From the NCBI GenBank assembly GCA_965222075.1, contig OZ244937.1, positions 4,960,001 to 5,024,000 of the forward strand: 64,000 nucleotides of DNA, written 5' to 3'. A program made the translations under genes and the position numbers. This stretch comes from Candidatus Latescibacterota bacterium. Its GTDB lineage: Bacteria; Latescibacterota; UBA2968; GCA-2709665. Positions 49,390 to 60,220 of the stretch are shown here, in pieces. The stretch's first letter is position 1. Each line of letters starts with the position of its first letter. Below the pieces are notes generated by a model. It was not told the DNA's origin and did not search any database. It saw only the letters and a program-made list of their open reading frames with translations.

Positions 49390-50414
49390 CAGGGAGAGCC
49401 TCCGGACCGTTCGTGTGAACCACCGAGTCGTTCGCGGACGGTCTGTTTCTGGATTTTGCCTACGGATGTGCGGGGCAGGACATCGGTGAATTCTACGCGG
49501 TCGGGGACTTTAAAGGGGGCGAGGCGTTGTGCACAGTGGGCCTGAACGGCTTCGGCGGTGAGGTCGCCGTCCGGTTTTTGGACGATGACGGCTACGACGG
49601 CTTCGTCGCGGATTTCGTCGGACATGCCCACGACGCAGGCGTCGAGTACGCCGGCGAAGTCCAGGATCGCGGCTTCGACTTCGATGCTGGAGATGTTCTC
49701 GCCCGAGCGTTTGATGAGGTCTTTGCCGCGGTCGAGAAAGTAGAGGAAGCCGTCCTCGTCAGCGTAGACGGTGTCGCCCGAATACAGCCAGGGTGCATCG
49801 TGGTGCATGCGAAGGGTTTCGGCGGTGGCTTCGGGGTTGTTGAGGTAGCCGAGCATCAGGGTGCGGCCGGGAATGCCGCGCACGATGATCTGGCCCTGCT
49901 CGCCGGACGTGACCTCCTGCCCCGGCGGTGGGTCGACGGGCTGATCGGCCAGTTCGGTTTCGTAGAGGGGGAGGTCGTCGGGCAGGTCGGCGTCCGTCTG
50001 GCAGAGCAGCACCCGGCGTCCGGTCAATTGGGCGGTGATTTCGCCGACGACGTCCAGACAGTCGGCCTGGGTAAAGATGATTTTGCTGTTGGAGTGTTCG
50101 ACGAGGTAGCCCAGTTCGTCGGGAGTGCCGACCGGGTTGGAGGGCATGGCGGCTGCGCCGAGGTACGACGCGGCGAGGATGAGCTGCGGGTAGGCGGGGT
50201 GGTTGGACAGGTGGAGGTTGAAGACGTCTCCCGACCCGATGCTCAGGGAGCGCAGCAGGTTTGCCGCCTGATGGACGCTGTCTAAGAACTCGGCGTAGGT
50301 CCAGCGGAAGACCCGGCCGTCTCCGCGCTCGTAGACGAGCCACTCCCGTTCGGGTTGCTGCGCGGTGTAGGCGGCGAATATGGAATAGAGCGTACGGTTT
50401 CCGGCGATGTCCAT
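49389..50414 (-). pseudogene. CaiC-like acyl-CoA ligase with in-frame internal deletion (341 aa)
   Basis: N-part and C-part (SGD, RGKDLIKRSGENI, PRTSVGKI) present; TSGTT/PKG and YGxTE motifs absent; junction ~49923 (DPPP|GQEV). Confidence 0.75.
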
Positions 50415-50425
50415 CGCGGCGTCTT

Positions 50426-51175
50426 TCAGGTTTTGCGCCGGGAGAGGAATGCGGCGATGTTGGCGCGCGCCTCGTCGGCCGCGTAGCAGGCCTCAAACGC
50501 TTCGGAGGCGGTTGCGTCCCATTCGGCGCCCCGCAGGGGCGACATCCGGTTGAGCAGCGCTTTGGTATGGCTCAGCCCGGCGGGTGGGAATGCGGCGAGT
50601 TTGTGCGCGAGTTCATTGACGCGTTCGCTGAGGTGCTCGTCGGAGGCGACTTCGTTGACCAGGCCGAGTTCTTTTGCTTCCGCACCGGATACACGCACGC
50701 AGGTCAGGGTGAGCCAGCGGGCGTTTGTCCCGCCAACAGCGTCCACCAGCCGGCCCATCCCCCAGGGGGGCGTCCACCCCAGTTCGACTTCGGGCATTCC
50801 GAATCGCGCCGAGGCCGAGGCGATGCGGATGTCGTGGTAGAGCGCAAGAAAGATCCCACCACCAAGCACGTAGCCGTGCAGCATGGCGATGGTGGGTTGC
50901 GGCAGGGCGTCGAACAGGGCACAGGCGTCGGCCTGTTCGCGCTCGGCTTCGGCCGCACCGGCCGGTGAGAGGGGGGCAAGTTCCTTCAGGTCGCTGCCGG
51001 CGCAAAAGGCGCGCCCCTTCCCTCCTGTGACGACAACGCGGACGTCGGTTCGGTCTCGAAGCGCAGTGAGGTGCGCTGTGAGCTGGCGGACGCTCGCCAG
51101 GTCGAGGACGTTTAATACCTCCGGACGGTTGAGCGTGAGATAGCCGATTCCGTTTTCAACGGTGAGGTCGACCAT
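50426..51175 (-). CDS. Enoyl-CoA hydratase/isomerase family protein
   Basis: LNRPEVLN, AFCAGSDL, LGGG, FGMPEVELG. Confidence 0.92.
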   Translation of the reverse strand: MVDLTVENGIGYLTLNRPEVLNVLDLASVRQLTAHLTALRDRTDVRVVVTGGKGRAFCAGSDLKELAPLSPAGAAEAEREQADACALFDALPQPTIAMLHGYVLGGGIFLALYHDIRIASASARFGMPEVELGWTPPWGMGRLVDAVGGTNARWLTLTCVRVSGAEAKELGLVNEVASDEHLSERVNELAHKLAAFPPAGLSHTKALLNRMSPLRGAEWDATASEAFEACYAADEARANIAAFLSRRKT

Positions 51176-51238
51176 TTTGACTCCGGGTGAAGAAATGTGG
51201 ATTTCGAATTGAAGTGCATGTATTCCCCAAACCGCAAT

Positions 51239-52363
51239 CTAAAGCCCGAGGATACGTTTTGTGGTGCCGCCCATGATCATGGCCAGGTCTTCGGAGCCGA
51301 GGAAGGCGCAGTATTTTTCGATCCAGCGGCGGGACTGGCGGTAGGTGCAGAAGCGGTTCTGGAAGGGCATGTCCGTGCCCCAGTTCAGGTGGTTGGGGCC
51401 GACGCGTTCGACCATTTGTTCGAGGGTCGGCCAGACTTCGCGGTAGGGAAAGTCGAAGAGGTCGCCGATGCGGACGGGGAAGCAGACTTCCAGGTTGCAG
51501 TTCGGGTTCCGGAAGGGGGCCCAGACGTCATCGGACAGGGTGATGCCGTCTTCATCTAAGAAGGCACGCCAGGGGAAGCCGTGGGTGAGGTTGACCACGG
51601 CCTCCGGATAACGCTCCATCCAGCGGATGAGGATTTTCTGTTCTTCGATGTAGCCCCGGCGCTGATCGGCGACAGGCCTGTCTTTTCCATACAGGTCGTC
51701 CGGGCCGGAGGCGAGGGTGAAGAAGATAGGGACGTTGAGGGCGGTGGCGGCGTCCCAGAAGGGCCGGTAGGCCCCCCCGTCCCAGGGGTCGGTGCGTCCC
51801 AGATAGGCGGAATAGGCGTTGAATTTGATGGCATGCAGTCCATGGGTATTGATGGCGGTGTTCAACTCTTCAATCACGATGTCGGTTTCGGTTGTGATGC
51901 GCCATTCGTCCACGGGCGCCATAGAACGCAGGCGGTCGGGGTAGCGCCGCACACAGTCGGCCAGGAATGCGCTGTTTCGACTCAGCATAGGGTTTGTGTG
52001 GATGAGGGCCATGTCCACTTCTGCGTAGTCCATCTCGGCGATGATGCTGTGGGGGGTAAATTCGAGGTTTCGCAGGTTGGGCGGATAGAACTGCTTGGTG
52101 CAGTCCTCGCCATCGATTGTCCAGACGACCCGGCCTTTTTCGTGGTTGATGCGAAAGTTCACGTCGGGGAGGCGTGAGAGGTCAACGCGGCCCTCTGGAA
52201 CGAGGCTGCTTGCCGAGACGGGCGCCCGGTCGCGAATCCGCCAGGCGGGCTGGTGGTGCCTGGCCTGCGCGGACTGGACCCACCGGAGGTGTTCCTCGCT
52301 GCTGGAAAATCCGGCGGGGGCGTCGCCGGGTTCGAAGCAGTAGACGTGGGAGTCGATGATCAT
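51239..52363 (-). CDS. Amidohydrolase family protein
   Basis: IIDSHVY, THGFP, WGTDMP. Confidence 0.82.
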   Translation of the reverse strand: MIIDSHVYCFEPGDAPAGFSSSEEHLRWVQSAQARHHQPAWRIRDRAPVSASSLVPEGRVDLSRLPDVNFRINHEKGRVVWTIDGEDCTKQFYPPNLRNLEFTPHSIIAEMDYAEVDMALIHTNPMLSRNSAFLADCVRRYPDRLRSMAPVDEWRITTETDIVIEELNTAINTHGLHAIKFNAYSAYLGRTDPWDGGAYRPFWDAATALNVPIFFTLASGPDDLYGKDRPVADQRRGYIEEQKILIRWMERYPEAVVNLTHGFPWRAFLDEDGITLSDDVWAPFRNPNCNLEVCFPVRIGDLFDFPYREVWPTLEQMVERVGPNHLNWGTDMPFQNRFCTYRQSRRWIEKYCAFLGSEDLAMIMGGTTKRILGL

Positions 52364-52397
52364 AGGAATGTGAAGCGTGAAGATGATTATCAGACGA

Positions 52398-53438
52398 TCA
52401 TCCGCTGAGCACTTCGATTTCGCGGTCGGCTCCGCTGAGCGGAAGGTTGGTCCAGGCGGCGCTGCGGGCGTGTGAGGCGTGGAGCGCGACAATGGCTTCA
52501 AAGGTGCGAGCGGCCTCCACGCCGGGATACGAGAAAGGGGCGCCGTTATCGAGCCAGGTGACGATATCCTCCACGGCCCGGTCCATGGAGGATATCCCGT
52601 CGTCCGGTTCGAGCCAGTGTTCCTGACGTCCGTCCCAGTATTCGAGTGTGACATCGGAGCCGACGACTGCGCGGCCTTCGGCGCCGTTGACCACGATCTG
52701 CGCGGGCACGGCGCCGTAGTCTGCCGCATCTACGGTGACGATGAGGCCGCCGTCCAGCCGCATCATGCCCCAGCCGCCGGGATCGCGAAATTGGGGTCCA
52801 CGGCAATCGGGCTTGCCGGCAAGATCGAGGGTACCGGAGACGGCCCGGACTTCCCGGCCGGTGAGCATGCGGACCGTGTCGATCATGTGGGTGCCGACGT
52901 TTCCCAGCCGGCCGGATCCCCACAGCAGCGAGGCGGAGATCAGTTCACCCAGGCCCCCTGAGGTGATGTGATCGCGCAACTGGCGCATGGTGGGGTTGAA
53001 CCGCCGGTTGTGGTTGATGGCCAGGATGGCCCCGGCATCGTCACACGCCGCCACCATCCGCTCTGCATCCGAAACCAGGGTGGCGATCGGTTTTTCGCAG
53101 TAGATGGCGCGAATCCCTCGTTCAGCGCAGGCGACTGTGATTTCGGCGTGGACCGGGGCATAGGTGGCCACGCTGACGATGTCGAATGCTTCCCGGGCGA
53201 GCATCTCTTTCCAGTCGGCATAGGTCTGGACGCCCGTGCGTTGCGTGAAGCGTTCCCGCCGTCCGGGGTCGCGGCTGGAACCGGCTATCAGATCAACGCG
53301 GGGATGGTTGGACAGGGCACCCACGTGCGTGCCGTCCAGATGGCTAACCTGCTGTCCCAGGGCGTCTCCGGAGACCTGATCGGCTCCGCCGATATATCCA
53401 AGTCCGATGATGCCCGCACAGTAAGTTGTTTTGCTCAT
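52398..53438 (-). CDS. Gfo/Idh/MocA family oxidoreductase
   Basis: IIGLGYIG, YCEKPIA, NHNRRF, GTHMID. Confidence 0.9.
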   Translation of the reverse strand: MSKTTYCAGIIGLGYIGGADQVSGDALGQQVSHLDGTHVGALSNHPRVDLIAGSSRDPGRRERFTQRTGVQTYADWKEMLAREAFDIVSVATYAPVHAEITVACAERGIRAIYCEKPIATLVSDAERMVAACDDAGAILAINHNRRFNPTMRQLRDHITSGGLGELISASLLWGSGRLGNVGTHMIDTVRMLTGREVRAVSGTLDLAGKPDCRGPQFRDPGGWGMMRLDGGLIVTVDAADYGAVPAQIVVNGAEGRAVVGSDVTLEYWDGRQEHWLEPDDGISSMDRAVEDIVTWLDNGAPFSYPGVEAARTFEAIVALHASHARSAAWTNLPLSGADREIEVLSG

Positions 53439-53525
53439 GGGATTTCGGTCCTTGTTTGGGGCATGCGCGACCAGGGGACATCAAGCACGATCTGGTGGTT
53501 GTGAGGGTGAACGATTCCCCCGCCC

Positions 53526-54026
53526 TCACCTTAAACGTTGTCTCTGGCTCTTGAGGGCAAACGATTTATCATCGATGGCTCTCTGTACGGTCAGGATACC
53601 GTCGAGGTGATCGACTTCGTGCTGTAAGAGTTCCGAGAGGTCTTCCTCAAGATGCATGTTCTGTTCCCTCCAGGTTTCATCCCGGTAGGTGATTCTGCAT
53701 GTTTTGTGCCTGGATACTTTTACCAGGATGTCGGGAAAACTCATGCAGTCATCCCAGAGGTCCATCATTTCCGCGCTTTTGTGATGCAGCACAGGGTTTA
53801 GGAAGATGACCGGTGCGTGGATGTGCATGTAGACCAGCCGTTTCATTACCCCAATTTGGGGCGCGGCGATGGCCCGGCCGCAGTTATATTTTTTTCTGAA
53901 TTCCATCATCGTGTCGTGCAGGTCCCCGACGACGGATTGGATGTGTTCGAGTTCGGCTTCTTGAACAGGCTCACATTTCTCATAGAGTTTGGGGTTTCCA
54001 AGCTGCAGAATTTCTCTAACGGCCAC
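53526..54026 (-). CDS. def: Peptide deformylase (variant motifs)
   Basis: GRAIAAPQIG, DDCMSF (in place of EGCLS), QHEVDHLDG. Confidence 0.85.
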   Translation of the reverse strand: MAVREILQLGNPKLYEKCEPVQEAELEHIQSVVGDLHDTMMEFRKKYNCGRAIAAPQIGVMKRLVYMHIHAPVIFLNPVLHHKSAEMMDLWDDCMSFPDILVKVSRHKTCRITYRDETWREQNMHLEEDLSELLQHEVDHLDGILTVQRAIDDKSFALKSQRQRLR

Positions 54027-54114
54027 TTTTGAAGCCCGCTATCAGAGGGTGCGTAAGGGATCGCTTATGTACGGTATAACAATCGATGAAGATTGATTGA
54101 CAGATAAAAGAAGT

Positions 54115-55317
54115 TCAGACTGCCCACTTTTCCATTTTCGTCTCGTCCAGTTCGATACCCAGGCCGGGTTTTTTGAAGGGGCGAAGCGAGCCGTTTTCAA
54201 ATTTGAACGGGGTGACGCAGATGTCGTCGATGAGGAGTTCGGGGCTGATGAGGTCGGAGGGCACGGTTACGTTTTTGGACGCCACAGCCAGGTGTACGAA
54301 AGCTGCGGTGCCGGGACCCATCTCGATGGTGCTGCCGAGCAGGACGGGGATGCCGGCCGCCTCGGCGAGGTGAATGAGGCGCTGGGCGCGCATTACGCCT
54401 CCGGCCTGCGAAGGGATGACGTTGATCACATCCACGGCGCGGTGACGGACGAGCGCCGCCGAGAACTGGTCGTTGAGGTCAGCCACGTGTTCGATGATGT
54501 CGATGGGAGACGCTGTCCGGACGCGGGCGAGGGACATGGCCGCCCCGTCCGCGTTTTTGTTGATCTGCTCCGGGTTGTCGTTGGCAACGGCCCGGTTCAC
54601 GGCGACGACCGGCGTTTCGCATGCATTTGCGCCCGCCTCGGCCATGTCCTTGACCTTTTGAATCGCCTCGTCCTCTTCCCACGAGCCGCTGGCGTCCACT
54701 TTGAGGTAGAGGTCGGGACCGACGATCTCTCGGAACAGTCTGATGCGGGCCAGGTCCCTGGGGTGATCCTTGCCCACTTTGAGTTTGAATGCCATCAGGC
54801 CTTTTTCGGCCTTTTCTCTGATTTCGTCGCCGAAGGCTGCGAGTTCCTCTTCCAGCGGAATATCTCCGCGGAGGTAGGCGACCCAGCAGATGTCCACGCA
54901 GTCGTGGTATCGGCCGCCCAGGAGTTCGTAGAGCGGGGCGCCGTAGGTTTTGCCGACCAAGTCGAGCAGGGCGATTTCGACGCCGAAGAGGGTCAGGTTT
55001 CTCAATTCGGGATGGAAGGCAGCCGGCAGGGCCTCGGCCGTACGTTCGTGGAGCGCCCTCCAGCGCTTTACGTCTTGCCCGAGCAGGACATCCGTCAGGA
55101 GGTCGCGCAGGTCGGCGGCAGACAGGGGGTGCATGCGGTCGGCGATATCGGATACCTCACCCAGGCCGACCCGGCCATCGTCGGTGAAGATTTCGAGGAT
55201 CTGATACCTGGAGCGGCTGTGGTCGGTATCGGCCTGGAGCCGTCCGGGGTCTGCAGCATAGGTTTCGTAGATGCGCGGGACCGAGACTTCTCGGACGCGC
55301 AGGTCGGCGATATGCAT
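54115..55317 (-). CDS. Mandelate racemase/muconate lactonizing enzyme family protein
   Basis: EIALLDLVGK, FKLKVG, VDAS, PGLGIE. Confidence 0.85.
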   Translation of the reverse strand: MHIADLRVREVSVPRIYETYAADPGRLQADTDHSRSRYQILEIFTDDGRVGLGEVSDIADRMHPLSAADLRDLLTDVLLGQDVKRWRALHERTAEALPAAFHPELRNLTLFGVEIALLDLVGKTYGAPLYELLGGRYHDCVDICWVAYLRGDIPLEEELAAFGDEIREKAEKGLMAFKLKVGKDHPRDLARIRLFREIVGPDLYLKVDASGSWEEDEAIQKVKDMAEAGANACETPVVAVNRAVANDNPEQINKNADGAAMSLARVRTASPIDIIEHVADLNDQFSAALVRHRAVDVINVIPSQAGGVMRAQRLIHLAEAAGIPVLLGSTIEMGPGTAAFVHLAVASKNVTVPSDLISPELLIDDICVTPFKFENGSLRPFKKPGLGIELDETKMEKWAV

Positions 55318-55320
55318 AGG

Positions 55321-55347
55321 GATTGAAGATTGAGGATTGAAGATTGG
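55321..55347. repeat. GATTGAR heptamer tandem repeat (reverse copy at ~36717-36736)
   Basis: gattgaa gattgag gattgaa gattgg. Confidence 0.6.
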
Positions 55348-55448
55348 CCCGACTCACTCCCAACCATACATAGTGCAAAGCTTCTACAATGTCAAGATAA
55401 AAGAAGCGCGGAAGTGGTCATAGCCAAATATAGAACGGAATCGAAATC

Positions 55449-56984
55449 TTACATCCAGAGATTGCGATCCAGGCTTCGGTATTGGATGGCCTCTCCTACA
55501 TGTTGGGGTTTGATGTCGGTTTCTCCTTCCAGGTCGGCGATTGTGCGGCTGACTTTCAAGATTCTGTCGTAAGCGCGGGCGGAGAGGCCCAGCTTGGTGA
55601 TGGCCATTTTTAATAGTTCGTCTCCCTTGCTGTCAATCCGGCAGTAGTCGCGGATTTCCCGGGTGCCCATGTGGGCGTTGCAGTAGAGGTGTTTCCTGTT
55701 GCGAAAACGGTGGTGTTGAAGCTGGCGGGCGGTGTTGACGCGCTCCCGGATGGTTTCGGAGGGTTCACCGGCCGGTTCACTGGAGAGTTCGGTGTAGTCG
55801 ACGGCGGGGACTTCGATGTGGATGTCGATGCGGTCCAGGAGGGGGCCGGAGATGCGGGACATGTAGCGCTGGATGAAGGGGGGCGAGCAGGTGCATTCGT
55901 TTTTTGGGTCGCCGAAGTAGCCGCAGGGGCAGGGGTTCATGGCGCAGGCGAGCATGAACTGGGCGGGGTAGGTGAGGGAGATGGCGGCCCGGGCGATGGT
56001 GACGAAGCCGTCTTCGAGGGGCTGGCGGAGGACTTCTAAGACATTTTTCTTGAATTCCGGAAGTTCGTCCAAGAAGAGGACGCCGTGGTGGGCTAAGGAG
56101 ACTTCGCCGGGGCGAGGGTGGGGGCCTCCTCCGATGAGGCCGGCATCGGAGATGGTGTGGTGGGGGGAGCGGAAGGGACGGACGGCGATGAGGGCGGTGT
56201 GGGGAGGCAGGAGGCCGGCGACGGAGTGGATTTTGGTGGCTTCGAGGGCTTCGTCTAAGGTGAGGTCGGGCAGGACGGTGGGGATGCGGCGGGCGAGCAT
56301 GGTTTTGCCGGAGCCGGGGGGGCCGATCAGGATGATGTTGTGTCCGCCTGCGGCGGCGACCTCCAGTGCGCGTTTGGCGTGTTCCTGACCCCGGACGTCC
56401 CGGAAGTCGACGCGGTAGTCCAGCGCCTGGCGAAAGATCCGGTCGATGTCGATCTGGAGGGGGTCGATGGTGCGGTAGCCTTCGAGGAATTCGAGGGCTT
56501 CTATCAGGTCGTTCACGGGATGGATGGCGAGGCCCCCGGCGATGGCGGCCTCCCGGGCGTTTTCTCTGGCGAGGATCATGCCCTTCAGGCCGGCCCGGCG
56601 GGCTTCGACGGCCATGGGGAGGACGCCCCGGACGGGGCGAACGCCGCCGTCGAGGGAAAGTTCTCCGAGGATGGCGTAGCCGGAGAGGATTTCGGGGGAG
56701 ATGGCGCCGGCGGCGGCCAGGATGCCGACGGCGATGGGGAGGTCGAAGGCGGAGCCTTCTTTGCGAATGTCGGCGGGAGCGAGGTTGACGGTGACGCGGC
56801 GGTTGGGGAAGACCCTTCCGGAGTTGCGGATGGCGGCGATGACCCGGTCTCTGCTTTCTTTGACGGCGTTGTCGGGCAGGCCGACGACGGAGAAGGCCGG
56901 GATCTGACGGTCGAGGTCGTTTTCGATGTGGACGATATAGGCGTTGATGCCGAGGGTGGCGCAGCTGAGGACGCGGGACATCAT
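55449..56984 (-). CDS. comM: YifB/ComM family Mg-chelatase-like AAA+ ATPase
   Basis: [56 protein letters not shown]. Confidence 0.93.
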   Translation of the reverse strand: MMSRVLSCATLGINAYIVHIENDLDRQIPAFSVVGLPDNAVKESRDRVIAAIRNSGRVFPNRRVTVNLAPADIRKEGSAFDLPIAVGILAAAGAISPEILSGYAILGELSLDGGVRPVRGVLPMAVEARRAGLKGMILARENAREAAIAGGLAIHPVNDLIEALEFLEGYRTIDPLQIDIDRIFRQALDYRVDFRDVRGQEHAKRALEVAAAGGHNIILIGPPGSGKTMLARRIPTVLPDLTLDEALEATKIHSVAGLLPPHTALIAVRPFRSPHHTISDAGLIGGGPHPRPGEVSLAHHGVLFLDELPEFKKNVLEVLRQPLEDGFVTIARAAISLTYPAQFMLACAMNPCPCGYFGDPKNECTCSPPFIQRYMSRISGPLLDRIDIHIEVPAVDYTELSSEPAGEPSETIRERVNTARQLQHHRFRNRKHLYCNAHMGTREIRDYCRIDSKGDELLKMAITKLGLSARAYDRILKVSRTIADLEGETDIKPQHVGEAIQYRSLDRNLWM

Positions 56985-57243
56985 GGGGGGCCTCCTTGAA
57001 TCGATAAACCTTTTTGAACCGCAGAGACGCGGAGGGCGCGGGGAACTGCGCTGTCGATTCGAGAAGGCAAAGGATATGCCAAGGGGGGTGATTTAATGTA
57101 AGTGGTTATTTTAGTGAGAGATACTATTGTTAAAGCGCAAAGGAAGGGATAGGTGAGGTGCAAGGGGTTTTCAGAATAGGAGGGTGAGGTTGAACAGGGT
57201 GTTCAATCGGGGTGTGAGGAAAGCAGCCTAAGGGATCCGGCGT

Positions 57244-57387
57244 TCAGCCGCGGGCAGAGCGCGCAATTGTTTTGATCTCTACCAGGATCGCTAAATCCGG
57301 GCGCCGCTTTCTCCATACACCGTCCTGGTCGGGACGTTCAATATCGGGGAACAGGTTGCCGGGTTTTAAATCTTCACGGATCTTCAC
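57244..57387 (-). pseudogene. Remnant of a redoxin/peroxiredoxin-like N-terminus
   Basis: MKIREDLKPGNLFPDIERPDQDG resembles the GxxxPDFxLPDxxG redoxin start. Confidence 0.35.
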
Positions 57388-57388
57388 T

Positions 57389-58486
57389 CTAAATGAATTT
57401 CACGCAGACGGGCGCTCTCACGTGGGTGACGTGGCCCGTTGGCGTCAGCGCTCCCGTCTGCTGGTCGATTCGAAAGGCGACAATATTGTCGGTGTTCTGG
57501 TTGGCGGCGAACAAGAAGGTTCCGGTCGGGTCGATGGCGAAGTTGCGTGGAAATTCCCCCTGAGTTGATTCATAGCCGACACAGGTCAGTTGGCCCGTCC
57601 TACCGTCGATTTGGAAGATGACGATGCTGTCATGGCCGCGGTTGGTGCCGTAGACGAACTTGCCCGATGGGGAGACGTGGATGTCTGCACAGTAGCTTGT
57701 GTCTGAAAAATCTTCGGGGAGGGTGGTTATTGTCTGCACCTCCCTGAGGGTGCCGGCCGCGTCGTCGTAGGTGTAGGCGACGGTGGTGTTGTCCAGTTCG
57801 TTGATGAGGTAGGCATATTTGCCGTTGGGGTGGAAGGCAAAGTGGCGCGGTCCGGCGCCGGCGTGGACCTGCGTCCAGGGTTCATCGTTGGGCGTTATCG
57901 TTGCGCGGTCTGCATCGAGCCGGTAGATCAGGATTTTGTCGATTCCCAGATCCGCTGCAAAGGCGTAGCGGTTGGTCGGGTCTATGGTAATTGAATGGGC
58001 ATGGGGACCGCTCTGCCGCCCGGGGTTGACGCTGGAGCCACGATGCTGGATGAAGGCGGTCGCCTCGCCCAACTCTCCGGCGTCCTGTATGGGGAGGGCG
58101 GCCACGCTGCCGCCGCTGTAGTTCGCCACAAGGACGGCTTTGCCCGTCGCGTCGACGCTTAAGTGGCATGGCCCGGCGCCCTGCGAGGACTGGTGGTTCA
58201 GATAGGTCAAATCTCCCGTTTTCGGGTCGATGGAGAACGCGCTTACAGCGCCGCCCGCGCTGTCTTCAAAGCCATCTACTTCGTTCACCGCATAGAGGCG
58301 GCGCTTCTGGGGATCGATGGCCAGAAAGGAGGGGTTGACGATGTCCGAAACCGAACTGGCGAATTCTAAAGCGCCGGAAGAGGGGTGCATCCGATAGACG
58401 TAAATCCCTTCGCCCTGGTCCTGATCCTCTTTCCCTGTGTAGGTTCCAACATAGACCAGCATCTCTTCACGATTCTGTTCGGCCAT
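57389..58486 (-). CDS. pgl: 6-phosphogluconolactonase-like beta-propeller lactonase
   Basis: YVGTYT, NPSFL, ANYSGG, PHAH, GAGPRH, NRGHDSI, PRNF. Confidence 0.9.
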   Translation of the reverse strand: MAEQNREEMLVYVGTYTGKEDQDQGEGIYVYRMHPSSGALEFASSVSDIVNPSFLAIDPQKRRLYAVNEVDGFEDSAGGAVSAFSIDPKTGDLTYLNHQSSQGAGPCHLSVDATGKAVLVANYSGGSVAALPIQDAGELGEATAFIQHRGSSVNPGRQSGPHAHSITIDPTNRYAFAADLGIDKILIYRLDADRATITPNDEPWTQVHAGAGPRHFAFHPNGKYAYLINELDNTTVAYTYDDAAGTLREVQTITTLPEDFSDTSYCADIHVSPSGKFVYGTNRGHDSIVIFQIDGRTGQLTCVGYESTQGEFPRNFAIDPTGTFLFAANQNTDNIVAFRIDQQTGALTPTGHVTHVRAPVCVKFI

Positions 58487-58704
58487 GGTTTGTGCCCTCC
58501 GCGTTTTATGGGTGGATGCCTCCGGCCTGATCCTTTCTGACGTCCATCCGGTTTTTTATCAGGCCATAGACCTGCTTGAACCGGACATTTGTTGCAATAT
58601 CGGCGATGTGCCGAGGCGTTGCAATCACGACTATCGGGCGGGGACGGTGCGCGATCAGGAGTCGGCGGATGTCCGGGATGGGGACCGTGAGTCAGAGCAG
58701 GTAA

Positions 58705-60120
58705 CTATGAACTCGGGTCTGTGGGCGGCCGCACATCCGCCCAAGGCGCAAGGGCTTCAAAGGCAGCGGACGCGCGAAGCACGGTGATATCGTCGCGCCA
58801 GCGCCCGACGATGTGCAGGCCAACCGGCAGGCGGTTGCTGGCGAAGCCGCAGGGTAGAGTCGCCGCGGGCTGTCCGGTGATGTCGAACGGATAGGTAAAG
58901 GCAGTCCAGCCCAGATAAGTGGTCGGCCGGCCGTCAATCTGTGCCGGGTGATCGTCGCCGGCCGTGAAGGCGGTTACGGGGAGTGTAGGCGTCAGCATTA
59001 AGTCGTAGCTTTGCATGAATACACGCCAATTGTGGTAGTAGTCATTCCGTTGTGTGTAGGCCGAGGCCAGTTCTGCCGCAGAAAACCGTTGCCCCTGTTC
59101 CATCACTGCCAGAAGGCCGGGGTCTATGAGATCCCGGACCTCGTTCAGGTTATGGAGATATATACCGGCAAATGCGGACGCCCAGATCAGGTTGACAAAG
59201 TCCCACGGATCCTGGACCTCTGGATGGGCTTCTTCAACGTGGCACCCCAGCTCACCGAAGCGCTGTGCGGCCGCAGCAGCGATTTCGCGTACTTCCGAGT
59301 CGATGGCCGCATAGCCCAGATCGGGCGACCAAGCCACACGCAGACCCGCGATGCTTCCCTCCATCGCACTTAAGAAGTCGGTTTGGACGGGAAGGGAGAG
59401 ACGGTCACGCGGGTCGGCGCCGGCCATCGCGGTGAGCATAAGCGCTGCATCTCGCACGGTTCGCGTGATTGGACCGATGTGTGAGAGTAGCTCGACAACG
59501 CTGGCCGGATACTGGGGGATGAGCCCCCACGACGGCTTCAGACCGTAGAGGCCGCAAAAGGACGCGGGTATGCGGATGGACCCGGCGCCGTCGGTTCCCT
59601 GCGCCAGCGGCCCCAGGCCAGAGGCGACTGCCGCCGCTGCGCCCCCGCTTGATCCACCGGCTGTGCGGCCAAGCTTCCACGGGTTGTGCGTTGGACCAGC
59701 AATGCGGTTGCCCGAGTCGCCTTTCCAACCCATTTCAGGGGTATTTGTTTTGCCCAGCATCACCCCCCCCGCTGCGTAGAGTCGTTCGACAATGGGCGCA
59801 TCGAAGTCCGGCACCCAGTCTTTGTAGACGAGGGAGCCGCGGGTTGTGCGAATGCCTTTTGTTGGCGTGAGGTCTTTGAGCGAAGCGGGAATGCCCGCCA
59901 GCAGTGGCGGGCATTCCTTTTTTGCATACGCCCCTTCGGCGGCGCGTGCCTGCTTGAGCGCAAGTTCCCGCGTTACCGTGATGAAGGCGTTGATGCTCGG
60001 ATTGAGCCGATCGATGCGGCTCAGGACCGCCTCGGTTACCTCAACCGGCGACACTTCACGCTTTTGATACAGGGTACGTAACTCCAGGGCTGATAAATAG
60101 CACAGATCGGTTGTATTCAC
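58705..60120 (-). CDS. Amidase signature family protein
   Basis: KD, GKTNTPE, GGSSGG, GTDGAGSIRIPAS. Confidence 0.93.
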   Translation of the reverse strand: MNTTDLCYLSALELRTLYQKREVSPVEVTEAVLSRIDRLNPSINAFITVTRELALKQARAAEGAYAKKECPPLLAGIPASLKDLTPTKGIRTTRGSLVYKDWVPDFDAPIVERLYAAGGVMLGKTNTPEMGWKGDSGNRIAGPTHNPWKLGRTAGGSSGGAAAAVASGLGPLAQGTDGAGSIRIPASFCGLYGLKPSWGLIPQYPASVVELLSHIGPITRTVRDAALMLTAMAGADPRDRLSLPVQTDFLSAMEGSIAGLRVAWSPDLGYAAIDSEVREIAAAAAQRFGELGCHVEEAHPEVQDPWDFVNLIWASAFAGIYLHNLNEVRDLIDPGLLAVMEQGQRFSAAELASAYTQRNDYYHNWRVFMQSYDLMLTPTLPVTAFTAGDDHPAQIDGRPTTYLGWTAFTYPFDITGQPAATLPCGFASNRLPVGLHIVGRWRDDITVLRASAAFEALAPWADVRPPTDPSS

Positions 60121-60163
60121 ACGCTGACCCGTTTGTATGTGTGCATCACGTTTTGAAGGTAAA

Positions 60164-60197
60164 GAAACAGAAAAGGGGACTCGGGTGAGCCCCCTCT
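60164..60197 (-). terminator. Probable intrinsic terminator of the TPR gene
   Basis: Hairpin aggggactc-gggt-gagcccccct with T-run on the minus strand. Confidence 0.55.
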
Positions 60198-60220
60198 CAT
60201 ATCAAGATCGCTTCGGCCGG

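Noticed and set aside
57205-57315. AGGAAAGCAGCC resembling the SRP RNA helix 8 region
   Set aside because: No CAGG-N-GNRA tetraloop context; the opposite strand reads as a redoxin gene remnant.
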